Shown here: positions 17,985 to 25,624 of the stretch, one piece after another
Layout: the number at the start of each line of letters is the position of its first letter
Position numbering within the stretch: the first letter of the stretch is position 1
The notes under the pieces: model-generated
The model's database searches: none
Seen by the model: only the letters and a program-made list of their open reading frames with translations
What the model was told of the DNA's origin: nothing
Position numbers and translations under genes: made by a program
Source: a virus
Taxonomy: Duplodnaviria > Caudoviricetes
IMG/VR virus record: IMGVR_UViG_3300010048_000023
Location: 1-40,048 of that record
DNA length: 40,048 nucleotides
Strand: one strand, 5' to 3'

Positions 17985-18346
17985 TGCGGAAGATCGTGGG
18001 CGATGCGTTCTGGCAGATTTTATATCACGAGCGGATGCTTGCGCGCGCGCATGGGTTTCTTGCTGTCGTGCGCGCTCTGGTGACGCGCGTCGGCATACAA
18101 GTGACGGACGAGGGTGCCCGAGACACCTACGAGGCAAACGAGGACGAGTGCGAGTGCGAAACGCCGGTTGAATTGTTGGCTTATCTCTTGGGGCGCGCGA
18201 TGAATGACATTGAGCATCATGAAACTCAGTTGCGTGGCGCCCACAACAGCATGGCGTTGACGAAAGGGTTGGCTGAGCGCGCCAGGATCGAGGTGCCGAT
18301 GGGGGAGATTGAAGCGGAGGAACGCAAGCGCCTGGCAGCGTCGTAA
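17963..18346 (+). CDS. Hypothetical protein
   Basis: GAGGGGG RBS; start reassigned. Confidence 0.6.
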   Translation: MADECELMRKIVGDAFWQILYHERMLARAHGFLAVVRALVTRVGIQVTDEGARDTYEANEDECECETPVELLAYLLGRAMNDIEHHETQLRGAHNSMALTKGLAERARIEVPMGEIEAEERKRLAAS

Positions 18347-18349
18347 ATT

Positions 18350-18370
18350 GTCCGTTTGCAGAGGTGGCCA
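18350..18370 (+). repeat. Intergenic repeat copy 1, GTCCGTTTGCAGAGGTGGCCA
   Basis: Exact 21-mer present three times. Confidence 0.95.
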
Positions 18371-18371
18371 G

Positions 18372-18566
18372 ATGGAGATTGAGCAACCGTCGTTTCAGCC
18401 ACTCTGGCTCCGGTGCAACACTTGCAATCACGCTTGGGATGATTGGCAGCCGATGCTGGTGCCGGTGAAAACGTGGGTTGCGCACGTGAGGAATTTGCAT
18501 TGCCCATATTGCGGCGTCGGTGCCAAGCAAATCTATCTGCGCACCGCGCCGCTGAAAGAGGACTGA
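18372..18566 (+). CDS. Zinc-ribbon protein (64 aa)
   Basis: CNTC...CPYC; bounded by repeat copies 1 and 2. Confidence 0.7.
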   Translation: MEIEQPSFQPLWLRCNTCNHAWDDWQPMLVPVKTWVAHVRNLHCPYCGVGAKQIYLRTAPLKED

Positions 18567-18589
18567 CCGTCCGTTTGCAGAGGTGGCCA
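18563..18589 (+). repeat. Intergenic repeat copy 2 (27-mer CTGACCGTCCGTTTGCAGAGGTGGCCA)
   Basis: Identical to 19664-19690. Confidence 0.95.
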
Positions 18590-18670
18590 ATGACACTCGA
18601 TAGCTTATGGCTCGCATGGCCGACGCTGGCACTCATTGTATGGGTCATCGCTTGGTGGAGGCAGTGGTAA
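18590..18670 (+). CDS. 26-aa Trp-rich single-TM peptide
   Basis: MTLDSLWLAWPTLALIVWVIAWWRQW; RBS supplied by the repeat; TAATG coupling. Confidence 0.55.
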   Translation: MTLDSLWLAWPTLALIVWVIAWWRQW

Positions 18671-19092
18671 TGCCAACGACAAACCTACGAGCACTCTTCA
18701 ATGCGCTGCCGGGACTGGATAACCGCACGCCCACCAGCTCAGCACTGGAGTTGGTTGCAAAGGCCTTCGGGCCGACGATCCCGTATCGCGACGGCATTAT
18801 TGGCTTGGTAAAATACAGTGGCGTCAGTGCATGGGAGCGGCATGCGGATGATGAGATAGTGCTAGTGATTGATGGCGCTGGCTTCTTGCATATCTTGGAT
18901 AGCGACAGCCGTCACGAGACGCCACGCAGCCTCTTTCCCTGGACATTGACCATCGTTCCCGGTCACTGCTGGCACCAGATCGAGAGCGAGCACGGCATAT
19001 CGCTGCTGACTGTCTCGCCGCAGCCCACCACCCACATATCGACACACCCATGCTTTGTTACGCCAGCCGCACCGGCACAAGGCGCAATCTAG
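18670..19092 (+). CDS. Cupin-domain protein
   Basis: WERHADDEIVLVIDG...IVPGHCWH cupin motifs. Confidence 0.75.
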   Translation: MPTTNLRALFNALPGLDNRTPTSSALELVAKAFGPTIPYRDGIIGLVKYSGVSAWERHADDEIVLVIDGAGFLHILDSDSRHETPRSLFPWTLTIVPGHCWHQIESEHGISLLTVSPQPTTHISTHPCFVTPAAPAQGAI

Positions 19093-19667
19093 ATGCGCTG
19101 CGCAGCCGCGACTGGCGTCTGCTCGTCTCCCGTGCCGGTGTCTGGCGCACGGAGGGATTTGAGCACTACGCACTGGACAATGGCGCGTGGGCGGACTTCC
19201 AGGCCAATAAATCATTTGACGAAGATGCGTTTGAGCGGCTGGTGGAGCAGTTTGGCAGCAGAGCTGACTGGATTGTGCTGCCGGATATCGTGGCTGGAGG
19301 CCTCGACAGCCTGCGCCTCAGTGTGCGCTGGCTCAACCGCTGCTTGTCGCTGTGTCCGCTGGTGCTGCTCGCGGTGCAGGACGGCATGAGCGAGGCGGAT
19401 GTGGCATCGATCGTCGGGCCGAATGTCGGTGTATTTCTCGGCGGCAGCACGGAATGGAAACTCGCCAACATGCAGCGCTGGGGTGAGTTCTGCGCAGCCC
19501 GGCGGCTGCATTACCACGTGGCGCGCGTCAACACTGAGTGCCGGTTCCGGCTGGCTGCGGCGTCCGGTGCGACCAGCATCGATGGCAGCTCGGCGAGCCG
19601 CTACGCGGTGACGCTGCCGTTGGTGGATTTGTGGTCGCGGCAGCGGGATCTGTTCGCGCCATGCTGA
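19050..19667 (+). CDS. TGT/DpdA-like (queuine tRNA-ribosyltransferase fold) protein
   Basis: YALDNGAW, VLPDIV, AVQDG, FLGGSTEWK, HVARVN, SIDGS motifs. Confidence 0.65.
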   Translation: MLCYASRTGTRRNLDALRSRDWRLLVSRAGVWRTEGFEHYALDNGAWADFQANKSFDEDAFERLVEQFGSRADWIVLPDIVAGGLDSLRLSVRWLNRCLSLCPLVLLAVQDGMSEADVASIVGPNVGVFLGGSTEWKLANMQRWGEFCAARRLHYHVARVNTECRFRLAAASGATSIDGSSASRYAVTLPLVDLWSRQRDLFAPC

Positions 19668-19690
19668 CCGTCCGTTTGCAGAGGTGGCCA
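19664..19690 (+). repeat. Intergenic repeat copy 3
   Basis: Identical 27-mer; its last A is the A of the next ATG. Confidence 0.95.
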
Positions 19691-19938
19691 TGAGTGACAC
19701 GACGGACATCGTGGCGGAACTGGAGCGCTGGATCGTGGGGCGACGCGGCTCGTTCGACGACATGCGGGAGACGCTCCAGCGCGCCGTTAACGAGATCGTG
19801 CGGCTGCGCACGCTATATGCGGTCGCTGACCGGGAAGCGCGGGACTACAGCGCCGAGATCGTGGAGCTCCGTGCCCGTATGTCCCACAAGGCGAATTATG
19901 GGACGTGCGGAAACCAGAACAATGGAGAACCGGTATGA
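19690..19938 (+). CDS. Hypothetical coiled-coil phage protein
   Basis: MSDTTDIVAELER...AVNEIVRLR. Confidence 0.65.
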   Translation: MSDTTDIVAELERWIVGRRGSFDDMRETLQRAVNEIVRLRTLYAVADREARDYSAEIVELRARMSHKANYGTCGNQNNGEPV

Positions 19939-20297
19939 GAGAAGAGAAGCTCCGTCGTATCGCACAGGAACTGCGGCGCTTTGCGGATGAACTAGACGCG
20001 CTTGCCGGCCCTCCCCAGCCTAGGCAGCGCGACAATATTCTGCGGAATGATGGCTACATGCTGGACTGGATGACGCAGCTATACGAGCGGAAGGCAGCGA
20101 CCGGCAAGAACAACTCCGACATTGCGCGGGATGTATTCGGCGAGATGCGCGATCCACGCGGGTATCTGGTAGCGCGTAACCGGGACCGCATCGGCACCTA
20201 CTTCAAGGGCACGTCATATCCGAAGCGGGCAACGATGCTGAAGCTATGCGCGTCGCTGGGCATTGATCCGGCAACCGTGCGCGTGCCCCCGTGCTGA
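19935..20297 (+). CDS. HTH (XRE-like) protein
   Basis: NSDIARDV...IGTYFKGTSYPKRATMLKLCASLGIDP. Confidence 0.65.
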   Translation: MREEKLRRIAQELRRFADELDALAGPPQPRQRDNILRNDGYMLDWMTQLYERKAATGKNNSDIARDVFGEMRDPRGYLVARNRDRIGTYFKGTSYPKRATMLKLCASLGIDPATVRVPPC

Positions 20298-20461
20298 CAG
20301 GTTTGTAACCGGAACGTAAGCATGCTAGACCCACACGTCTCGGATAGGGAGGAGGGAGCGAGGCGAAGCGCCCCCTCCTCGACCGTCCGAGCACACGAGA
20401 GCCTGGAGGGACAATCGCATGCTCACGAACGGCTACGCGCGCTCGGCTGGCGCGCAGACAC

Positions 20462-20758
20462 ATGATACGGGAACCGCGCTGGCTCAGTCCAGACGACACC
20501 GCACATTATATCGGTGTCCGCGCCGAGAGGCTGAGGCCACTCGTCAAGGCCGGGAAGCTTCCGGCGCCGTCCTATCATCTCGGGCCGAACCAACCGCGCT
20601 TCGACAGGCTGGCGCTGGATCAGGCCTTCGAGGGCGGGAGGCCTGAGCGTGGCAAGGACATCAATACCGCAGTGCAAGAACTCGTCGACGGGATGGCAGC
20701 CAAAGCCCGAGACAAACGGTCGCACCGTCAGAAAGACGCTGAAGGACGGCAGCGTTAG
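20462..20758 (+). CDS. xis: Excisionase
   Basis: PRWLSPDDTAHYIGV...VKAGKLPAP...RFDRLALD; overlaps int. Confidence 0.8.
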   Translation: MIREPRWLSPDDTAHYIGVRAERLRPLVKAGKLPAPSYHLGPNQPRFDRLALDQAFEGGRPERGKDINTAVQELVDGMAAKARDKRSHRQKDAEGRQR

Positions 20759-21689
20759 GGTCCACCACTACCCCGCACACCATTCTCGCGCCAAAACAGT
20801 CCCTCCGAACCCCGAAAGTCTTGGCGTCCTGATCGCCAATTACCAGCGCAGCCCAACATGGTCGAAGCTGTCTGCCCAAACCCAGCAGATGTATGTGATC
20901 TATCTGCGGGAGTTGTACGAGATCCGTGATTACAGAGTAAGCGAACTGAGCCGCCAGCTAGTGCTCGCTATTCGCGACGGGATTGCGTCAACCCGCGGCC
21001 ACGGTGCGGCTCACGGCTTTATCCGCGCCGCCTCCGCACTGTTCTCGTGGGCGGTCGATCGAGGCTACGCCGTGACGAACCCCGCCTTCAGAGGGGCAAA
21101 GGAACTCGATCGTGGGCATCTGACAGCCTGGACTAAGGAGCAGGCCGAGTTCGCAATCGCACGGCTATCGGAGCCGCTACGACGCGTGGTCGTCCTCGCG
21201 CTCTATACCGGCGCCCGCCGTGGCGATCTCTGCGCCCTGACATGGGCCGCCTATGACGGCAATTACCTCCGGTTCGTCCCGCAGAAGACGCGAAGGCAGC
21301 GAACGCAGCCGCTGACGATCCCGTGCCTGCCGGCATTAAAGGCGGAACTGGATCAGTGGCGGAAGTCCGCCGTCACTGGCATCGGCAATGCCCCGATCCT
21401 CACGGACTATCAGGGCAAGGCGTGGAAGCCCAACTACCTATCCCACCAACTGCCGGAAGCGCTCGCCCGCATTGGCCTGACGAATGAATTGAATATGCAT
21501 GGCCTGCGCAAACTCTGGGCGGCAAACCTGGCGCAGGCTGGCTGTCCTGCAAACTGGATCGCAGCGACGACCGGGCACAGCAGTCTGTCGATGGTGGAAC
21601 TGTATACGCGGTCGGCCGACCAGCAGCAGATGGCTGAGGCGGCGATCGTCAAGCTGGCCGACCACCTAGGGCAAGGGTCAAAAGCATGA
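20649..21689 (+). CDS. int: Tyrosine integrase
   Basis: GGAGG RBS; catalytic R (TGARRGD), HGLRK, TGH, Y (LYTR). Confidence 0.95.
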   Translation: MARTSIPQCKNSSTGWQPKPETNGRTVRKTLKDGSVRVHHYPAHHSRAKTVPPNPESLGVLIANYQRSPTWSKLSAQTQQMYVIYLRELYEIRDYRVSELSRQLVLAIRDGIASTRGHGAAHGFIRAASALFSWAVDRGYAVTNPAFRGAKELDRGHLTAWTKEQAEFAIARLSEPLRRVVVLALYTGARRGDLCALTWAAYDGNYLRFVPQKTRRQRTQPLTIPCLPALKAELDQWRKSAVTGIGNAPILTDYQGKAWKPNYLSHQLPEALARIGLTNELNMHGLRKLWAANLAQAGCPANWIAATTGHSSLSMVELYTRSADQQQMAEAAIVKLADHLGQGSKA

Positions 21690-22024
21690 GCAAGGACAAG
21701 CAAGCTCAGAAAAACGACACGCGTGTCGTCCTTGAGAGCGCCGACGACCTCGCGCCGGAAATCGCGAAGGATGAGCTGCTGGCAATGTTGCACGACTTCT
21801 TGGCCACCCCTCTCGGGGACATTCCTGTCGAGCGACTGCGAGCCGCGGTCGTGTATGCCGCTCGCGCCTACGCTGAGGTGAGCAAAGAGGTCGCGAAGGA
21901 AGCTGTCGGGGAAGCAGTCCAGGCGATCGTAGATGACATCCTGAGCAAGCCAAAACGCCGCCGGAAGGCCATGCACAACCGCGCACAACGTGCACAACTT
22001 TTTCCAATGAAATCAGAGGGTTAG
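21686..22024 (+). CDS. Hypothetical protein
   Basis: ATGA coupling with int. Confidence 0.5.
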   Translation: MSKDKQAQKNDTRVVLESADDLAPEIAKDELLAMLHDFLATPLGDIPVERLRAAVVYAARAYAEVSKEVAKEAVGEAVQAIVDDILSKPKRRRKAMHNRAQRAQLFPMKSEG

Positions 22025-22080
22025 ATGCGTGCGATATTCGTACAAATAAAACTAGTTTGTTGATTTCATTCACTAGTTTC
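21970..22080. other. Candidate attP region
   Basis: AT-rich island downstream of int; three GCACAAC repeats; inverted pairs AATGAAATCA/TGATTTCATT and AAACTAGT/ACTAGTTT. Confidence 0.5.
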
Positions 22081-22100
22081 CCGGACATCGCGGCGGTTGT

Positions 22101-22134
22101 GGAGGGTGAGGCCAGAGGTTCTCACCCCCTTTCT
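22101..22134 (+). terminator. Possible terminator of the rightward operon
   Basis: ggagggtgag...ctcaccccct followed by a short, interrupted T run. Confidence 0.4.
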
Positions 22135-22210
22135 GTTCCCGATTCTCCCCCTGCTCACGACTCGGTTGTTTAGTGACGCTATCGCGGGCATTCGGTGGAA
22201 TGGCGGCAAT

Positions 22211-22238
22211 AAAAAACCGGCGGCAACGGCGCCGCCGG
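22211..22238 (-). terminator. Rho-independent terminator
   Basis: CCGGCGGC-N6-GCCGCCGG followed by T6 on the minus strand. Confidence 0.75.
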
Positions 22239-22315
22239 CAAGGCCAGGTGTGTAAGACGAGTCGATGAAGGCTAGCGGCGAAGTCTACCGCCCTGCGGCA
22301 GACGCCACCAAGCGA

Positions 22316-22570
22316 TTAGCGCAGCCGTCTCACCACCACCTCGCAGGTTTCCACGGTGGAGATGAGGTTGCCGTTGCCCATGGTCACTACGCAGCGAGTG
22401 CCCCCAGCGAAGCCGTCCTTCCGCTGCGGCTCACGCACCGTCACCACCTCAGCAGGATTGACCCAAATCCCCTGCGGGGGTGTGCCAGGTCCATACAGCT
22501 CAACCAAACTCAGGCCGAACAGCCAACGAATAACATTGACAACAGCGGAAGTGGTGCGCATATGGTGCAT
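22316..22570 (-). CDS. FlbD-like small protein (start uncertain)
   Basis: IWVNPAEVVTVREP...CVVTMGNG...VETCEVVVRRL. Confidence 0.55.
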   Translation of the reverse strand: MHHMRTTSAVVNVIRWLFGLSLVELYGPGTPPQGIWVNPAEVVTVREPQRKDGFAGGTRCVVTMGNGNLISTVETCEVVVRRLR

Positions 22571-22573
22571 GCG

Positions 22574-22723
22574 ATGCGGATGTCAGTCACATTGTCCGAC
22601 CCACAAAACCGCTGGCTGAAGGCTGAGGCAAAGAAGCTGGGGCTGAGTGTCGGGGAGTTGCTGCGTCGCATCGTAGACGAGAAGCGGGCCGCCGCTGCGG
22701 CGCCACCACAGCGACAGCCCTAA
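22574..22723 (+). CDS. Ribbon-helix-helix (CopG-like) regulator
   Basis: MRMSVTLSDPQNRWLKAEAKKLGLSVGELLRRIVDE; TTGACA at 22536-22541 upstream. Confidence 0.8.
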   Translation: MRMSVTLSDPQNRWLKAEAKKLGLSVGELLRRIVDEKRAAAAAPPQRQP

Positions 22724-22750
22724 CCACAGACCGAAAGGATACTTCGACCC

Positions 22751-22882
22751 ATGGCTAAGAAAACCCTAGCAGCGCTCACCCTCGCTGTCCTCGTGGCACT
22801 CGGCGCATACGCTGAGAGCGCCAACGCCTATACATGCACAACGAACTGTATCGGCAACACTTGTTACACCAACTGCTTCTGA
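22751..22882 (+). CDS. 43-aa secreted Cys-rich peptide
   Basis: GAAAGGA RBS; signal peptide ending ANA; mature YTCTTNCIGNTCYTNCF. Confidence 0.75.
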   Translation: MAKKTLAALTLAVLVALGAYAESANAYTCTTNCIGNTCYTNCF

Positions 22883-22883
22883 C

Positions 22884-22970
22884 GTGCTGAAAGTGCTGGG
22901 CATCGTCCTGTCGACGATGTTTCTAACCTACGTCGTGGCCTGGATTACATGGTCCGGGGTGCAATACTGA
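22884..22970 (+). CDS. 28-aa single-TM peptide
   Basis: MLKVLGIVLSTMFLTYVVAWITWSGVQY; starts 1 nt after the previous stop. Confidence 0.45.
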   Translation: MLKVLGIVLSTMFLTYVVAWITWSGVQY

Positions 22971-23010
22971 AAGGGAGGGCGCCGGCTTCTGGTCGGCGCC
23001 ATTTCAGACT

Positions 23011-23274
23011 ATGACAGTTAACGAGATTGCCCTAGCCAGAGCCTTCCGCGATGCCGGCATCGAGCAGGAGAAGGCCGAGCACATTGCGGAAACCATCTTC
23101 GACGCGATCCGCGACAATGTTGCAACCAAAGCAGACTTGGCGACGCTGGAAGCCCGCATCGAAACACGCATCACCAGATTGATGCATGACCTAACGATGC
23201 GCGGGACTGCCGGCTTGATCGCAGCAGGCTCCATGCTGTTCGCCGCCCTCCATCTCTGGCCACCTCATGGCTGA
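23011..23274 (+). CDS. DUF1640/CCDC90-like coiled-coil membrane-anchored protein
   Basis: AGIEQEKAEHI...VATKADL; C-terminal TM helix. Confidence 0.75.
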   Translation: MTVNEIALARAFRDAGIEQEKAEHIAETIFDAIRDNVATKADLATLEARIETRITRLMHDLTMRGTAGLIAAGSMLFAALHLWPPHG

Positions 23275-23386
23275 CATGACCGACACATTCGCTCACATCG
23301 ATCGGCAACTGCGTGTGCTGACGTGGATGGTCGCTGCCAACCTCGTAGGAGTGCTGGCAATCCTGCTTAAGGTATTCACGGCATGA
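23267..23386 (+). CDS. 39-aa TM peptide
   Basis: MADMTDTFAHIDRQLRVLTWMVAANLVGVLAILLKVFTA. Confidence 0.55.
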   Translation: MADMTDTFAHIDRQLRVLTWMVAANLVGVLAILLKVFTA

Positions 23387-23499
23387 AGCTAATCGTAGTC
23401 GGACTATTGGTGCTCGCTGTCGGCGCCTCCACCGGTATGCCTGCAGTGGCAATGCTTGTCGCCATACCGCTGATCCTACTAGCTTACATCATTGATTAG
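23383..23499 (+). CDS. 38-aa hydrophobic peptide
   Basis: MKLIVVGLLVLAVGASTGMPAVAMLVAIPLILLAYIID; ATGA coupling. Confidence 0.5.
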   Translation: MKLIVVGLLVLAVGASTGMPAVAMLVAIPLILLAYIID

Positions 23500-25624
23500 G
23501 CGGCGGCGTCAGGGCGTTACGCGTCCGCTGCGCCTCCATTTGCGCCAGTAGTGCCGCCGCCATCGGAGACATCTGCACGCGCGGGCCAGGAGCGCCAGCA
23601 ATGGCAGCAGCGGTGGGGCTAGTGAAGAACCGCCCCGCCATATTGTTCGCGACAAACGGCAATGCCATGGCGCCAGCCGCGTATAACGGATTAACCCCAG
23701 CGGCGAGCGCCGAGCCGAAGGTAACCGCCGGCTGCGCGATTGCCTGGAATGGTCCTGTGCGTGATGTGTTCGCCATCCGCGCCGTCTCTCGCATACTGGC
23801 CGCGACGTTCGCCAAGTCCTGCACACGCTGAGCCACGGCAGGATCCGAGAACAGCGCTGCCGTGCCACCCGGCGCGCCCTGCCGTAGTTTGTTCAAGTTA
23901 GTGAGAAAGGAGCTGATAGAGGTTTCGTGTCCAGTTGCACCCGCCTGACCTGGCGGCGCTTCCTTCATGTCCCTCAGCGCAAACGCGGCGGCTTCATTGG
24001 CTGCAACCGGCATCTCGCGGCGAATGGCTGACAAGGTCGCGTCGTCGCTGCCGAGAACCGCGCGGACAGCCGCTCTAGGTGAGACTGTCTCCTGATCAGG
24101 GTTATTGGCGCGAATGATTTTAGACAACGTGTTCTCGGCGAAGGCGTGCCCTTCCGTTGACACCTTGTTCGCTACATCGAAGTCGCGTGCGAGGCTGGTG
24201 GTCGGTGGCGGCATGCCTCCCGCAGCGGCTGCCGATGCCCGCGCCGCATCCTGCGCCGTCGCCGCATTCCGCAAGTCGCCGGAAATCCCGCCATATGCTG
24301 TCTTAAGCTGATCCTTCCCCAACGACTGCACGATCTCCGGGACGCCCATAACGCGGCCCAAAGCCGTGCGAAGATCGCGCGCCTGCTGCCACGACATGGT
24401 CGAGCCGGGCGGCACATCCTTATCGATCGCTTCGAGCAACTGCACCGTCTTGGCCGGCAATAGCGCTCTCTGTGTTTCGGGCAGAGCCGACAGCTTGGCA
24501 GCGAGGCTCGACAGCGCGCCACGGTAGCCGCTTGGATCAACAACCGCACCAGCGGCATTCATCGTATTATCTAGCGGCTGCCAGGCCGCCGCCTCACGCG
24601 CCGGCAATACCGTGTCCCGCCAGTTGCGCGCCTCCCGCTGTAGCACGTCGCCGGCCGCCTGTTCCGTTGACGACGTGCCGAGGCGGCAAGCGGTATTCTC
24701 CACAGCGTTGTCAAACTGTCCAAGCGACTTATCCATAGCCGCGCGCACGCGGCCCTGACTGCCGGGAGCCTGCGCCGTGTATTGCTGGCCAGTCTGAAGA
24801 CCGGATACGCCGGACACGTCGCCAACCAGAGGCTCAATGCCGAGGCGAGCATATGACTCAGCCAGTGGTGTTCTCTGTCCAAGCGCCGCATTAACAACCC
24901 GGGTGCCACCGCTGGTCGCCATGTCAGCCGCCTTGGCGCCTGCTATGTTTCCCGCCAGCTCCACGCTTGGCTTAAGCCAATCAGGCACCAGCGGGTTGCC
25001 ATACGGTGTAACGGCACGCGCAGCCACATCACCGGCACCCGCTCCCACTGTCCCTGCCAATGCCGGGCCGAGCGCAAACGGCGCGAAGTAGGCCGACATT
25101 CCAGCACTGGCCAGCATCTTGCGCGCGAGCAATTCGTCAGGCGTGCCGGTGACGGTATTGGGATCTACGCCAAACACAGTCTTGCCCAGAGCCGTCGTAA
25201 CCTTTTGCCCGGGCTGCGGCTCATTCAGCAAATTGGAGCGTTCCTCCGGTGTAAAGCGCTGGCCGCCAAAATAGGGCGCCGCAAAGTCATGAACTGCGGT
25301 GAGCGCGGTCGCCAGTGGCGCGCCTACCAGATTACCAGACGGGTCAGTGGCAAGGTTCAGCAGGTTGGTGCCGATGTCGATGGGGACAGACGCAATGTTC
25401 CGCGCCAAGCCGCGCCACGTCCAATTTGCAGGCGTAGCGGTCGTATCTCGCGTTCCGCCGATATCACCGGACTGCTGGAACGCCTGCTCTAGGGCCTTCC
25501 TGCCTTCTGACACATATGGATCGTCAGCCGCGGGCGGCGGTGCAGCAACGGCTGGGGCAGCCGTCTTGCCGGACAGCACCTCGCGTCCGAGCTTCACATA
25601 CGGATCGTCGTCGCTCTCTGCCAT
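23489..25624 (-). CDS. DNA ejection/internal virion protein (gp16-like position)
   Basis: 711 aa, Ala-rich and helical; last gene of the ejection cluster. Confidence 0.7.
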   Translation of the reverse strand: MAESDDDPYVKLGREVLSGKTAAPAVAAPPPAADDPYVSEGRKALEQAFQQSGDIGGTRDTTATPANWTWRGLARNIASVPIDIGTNLLNLATDPSGNLVGAPLATALTAVHDFAAPYFGGQRFTPEERSNLLNEPQPGQKVTTALGKTVFGVDPNTVTGTPDELLARKMLASAGMSAYFAPFALGPALAGTVGAGAGDVAARAVTPYGNPLVPDWLKPSVELAGNIAGAKAADMATSGGTRVVNAALGQRTPLAESYARLGIEPLVGDVSGVSGLQTGQQYTAQAPGSQGRVRAAMDKSLGQFDNAVENTACRLGTSSTEQAAGDVLQREARNWRDTVLPAREAAAWQPLDNTMNAAGAVVDPSGYRGALSSLAAKLSALPETQRALLPAKTVQLLEAIDKDVPPGSTMSWQQARDLRTALGRVMGVPEIVQSLGKDQLKTAYGGISGDLRNAATAQDAARASAAAAGGMPPPTTSLARDFDVANKVSTEGHAFAENTLSKIIRANNPDQETVSPRAAVRAVLGSDDATLSAIRREMPVAANEAAAFALRDMKEAPPGQAGATGHETSISSFLTNLNKLRQGAPGGTAALFSDPAVAQRVQDLANVAASMRETARMANTSRTGPFQAIAQPAVTFGSALAAGVNPLYAAGAMALPFVANNMAGRFFTSPTAAAIAGAPGPRVQMSPMAAALLAQMEAQRTRNALTPPPNQ

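Noticed and set aside
18350-19690. The 21-bp repeats as a CRISPR array
   Set aside because: Only three copies, spacers of about 200 and 1080 bp contain whole genes, and no cas genes are present
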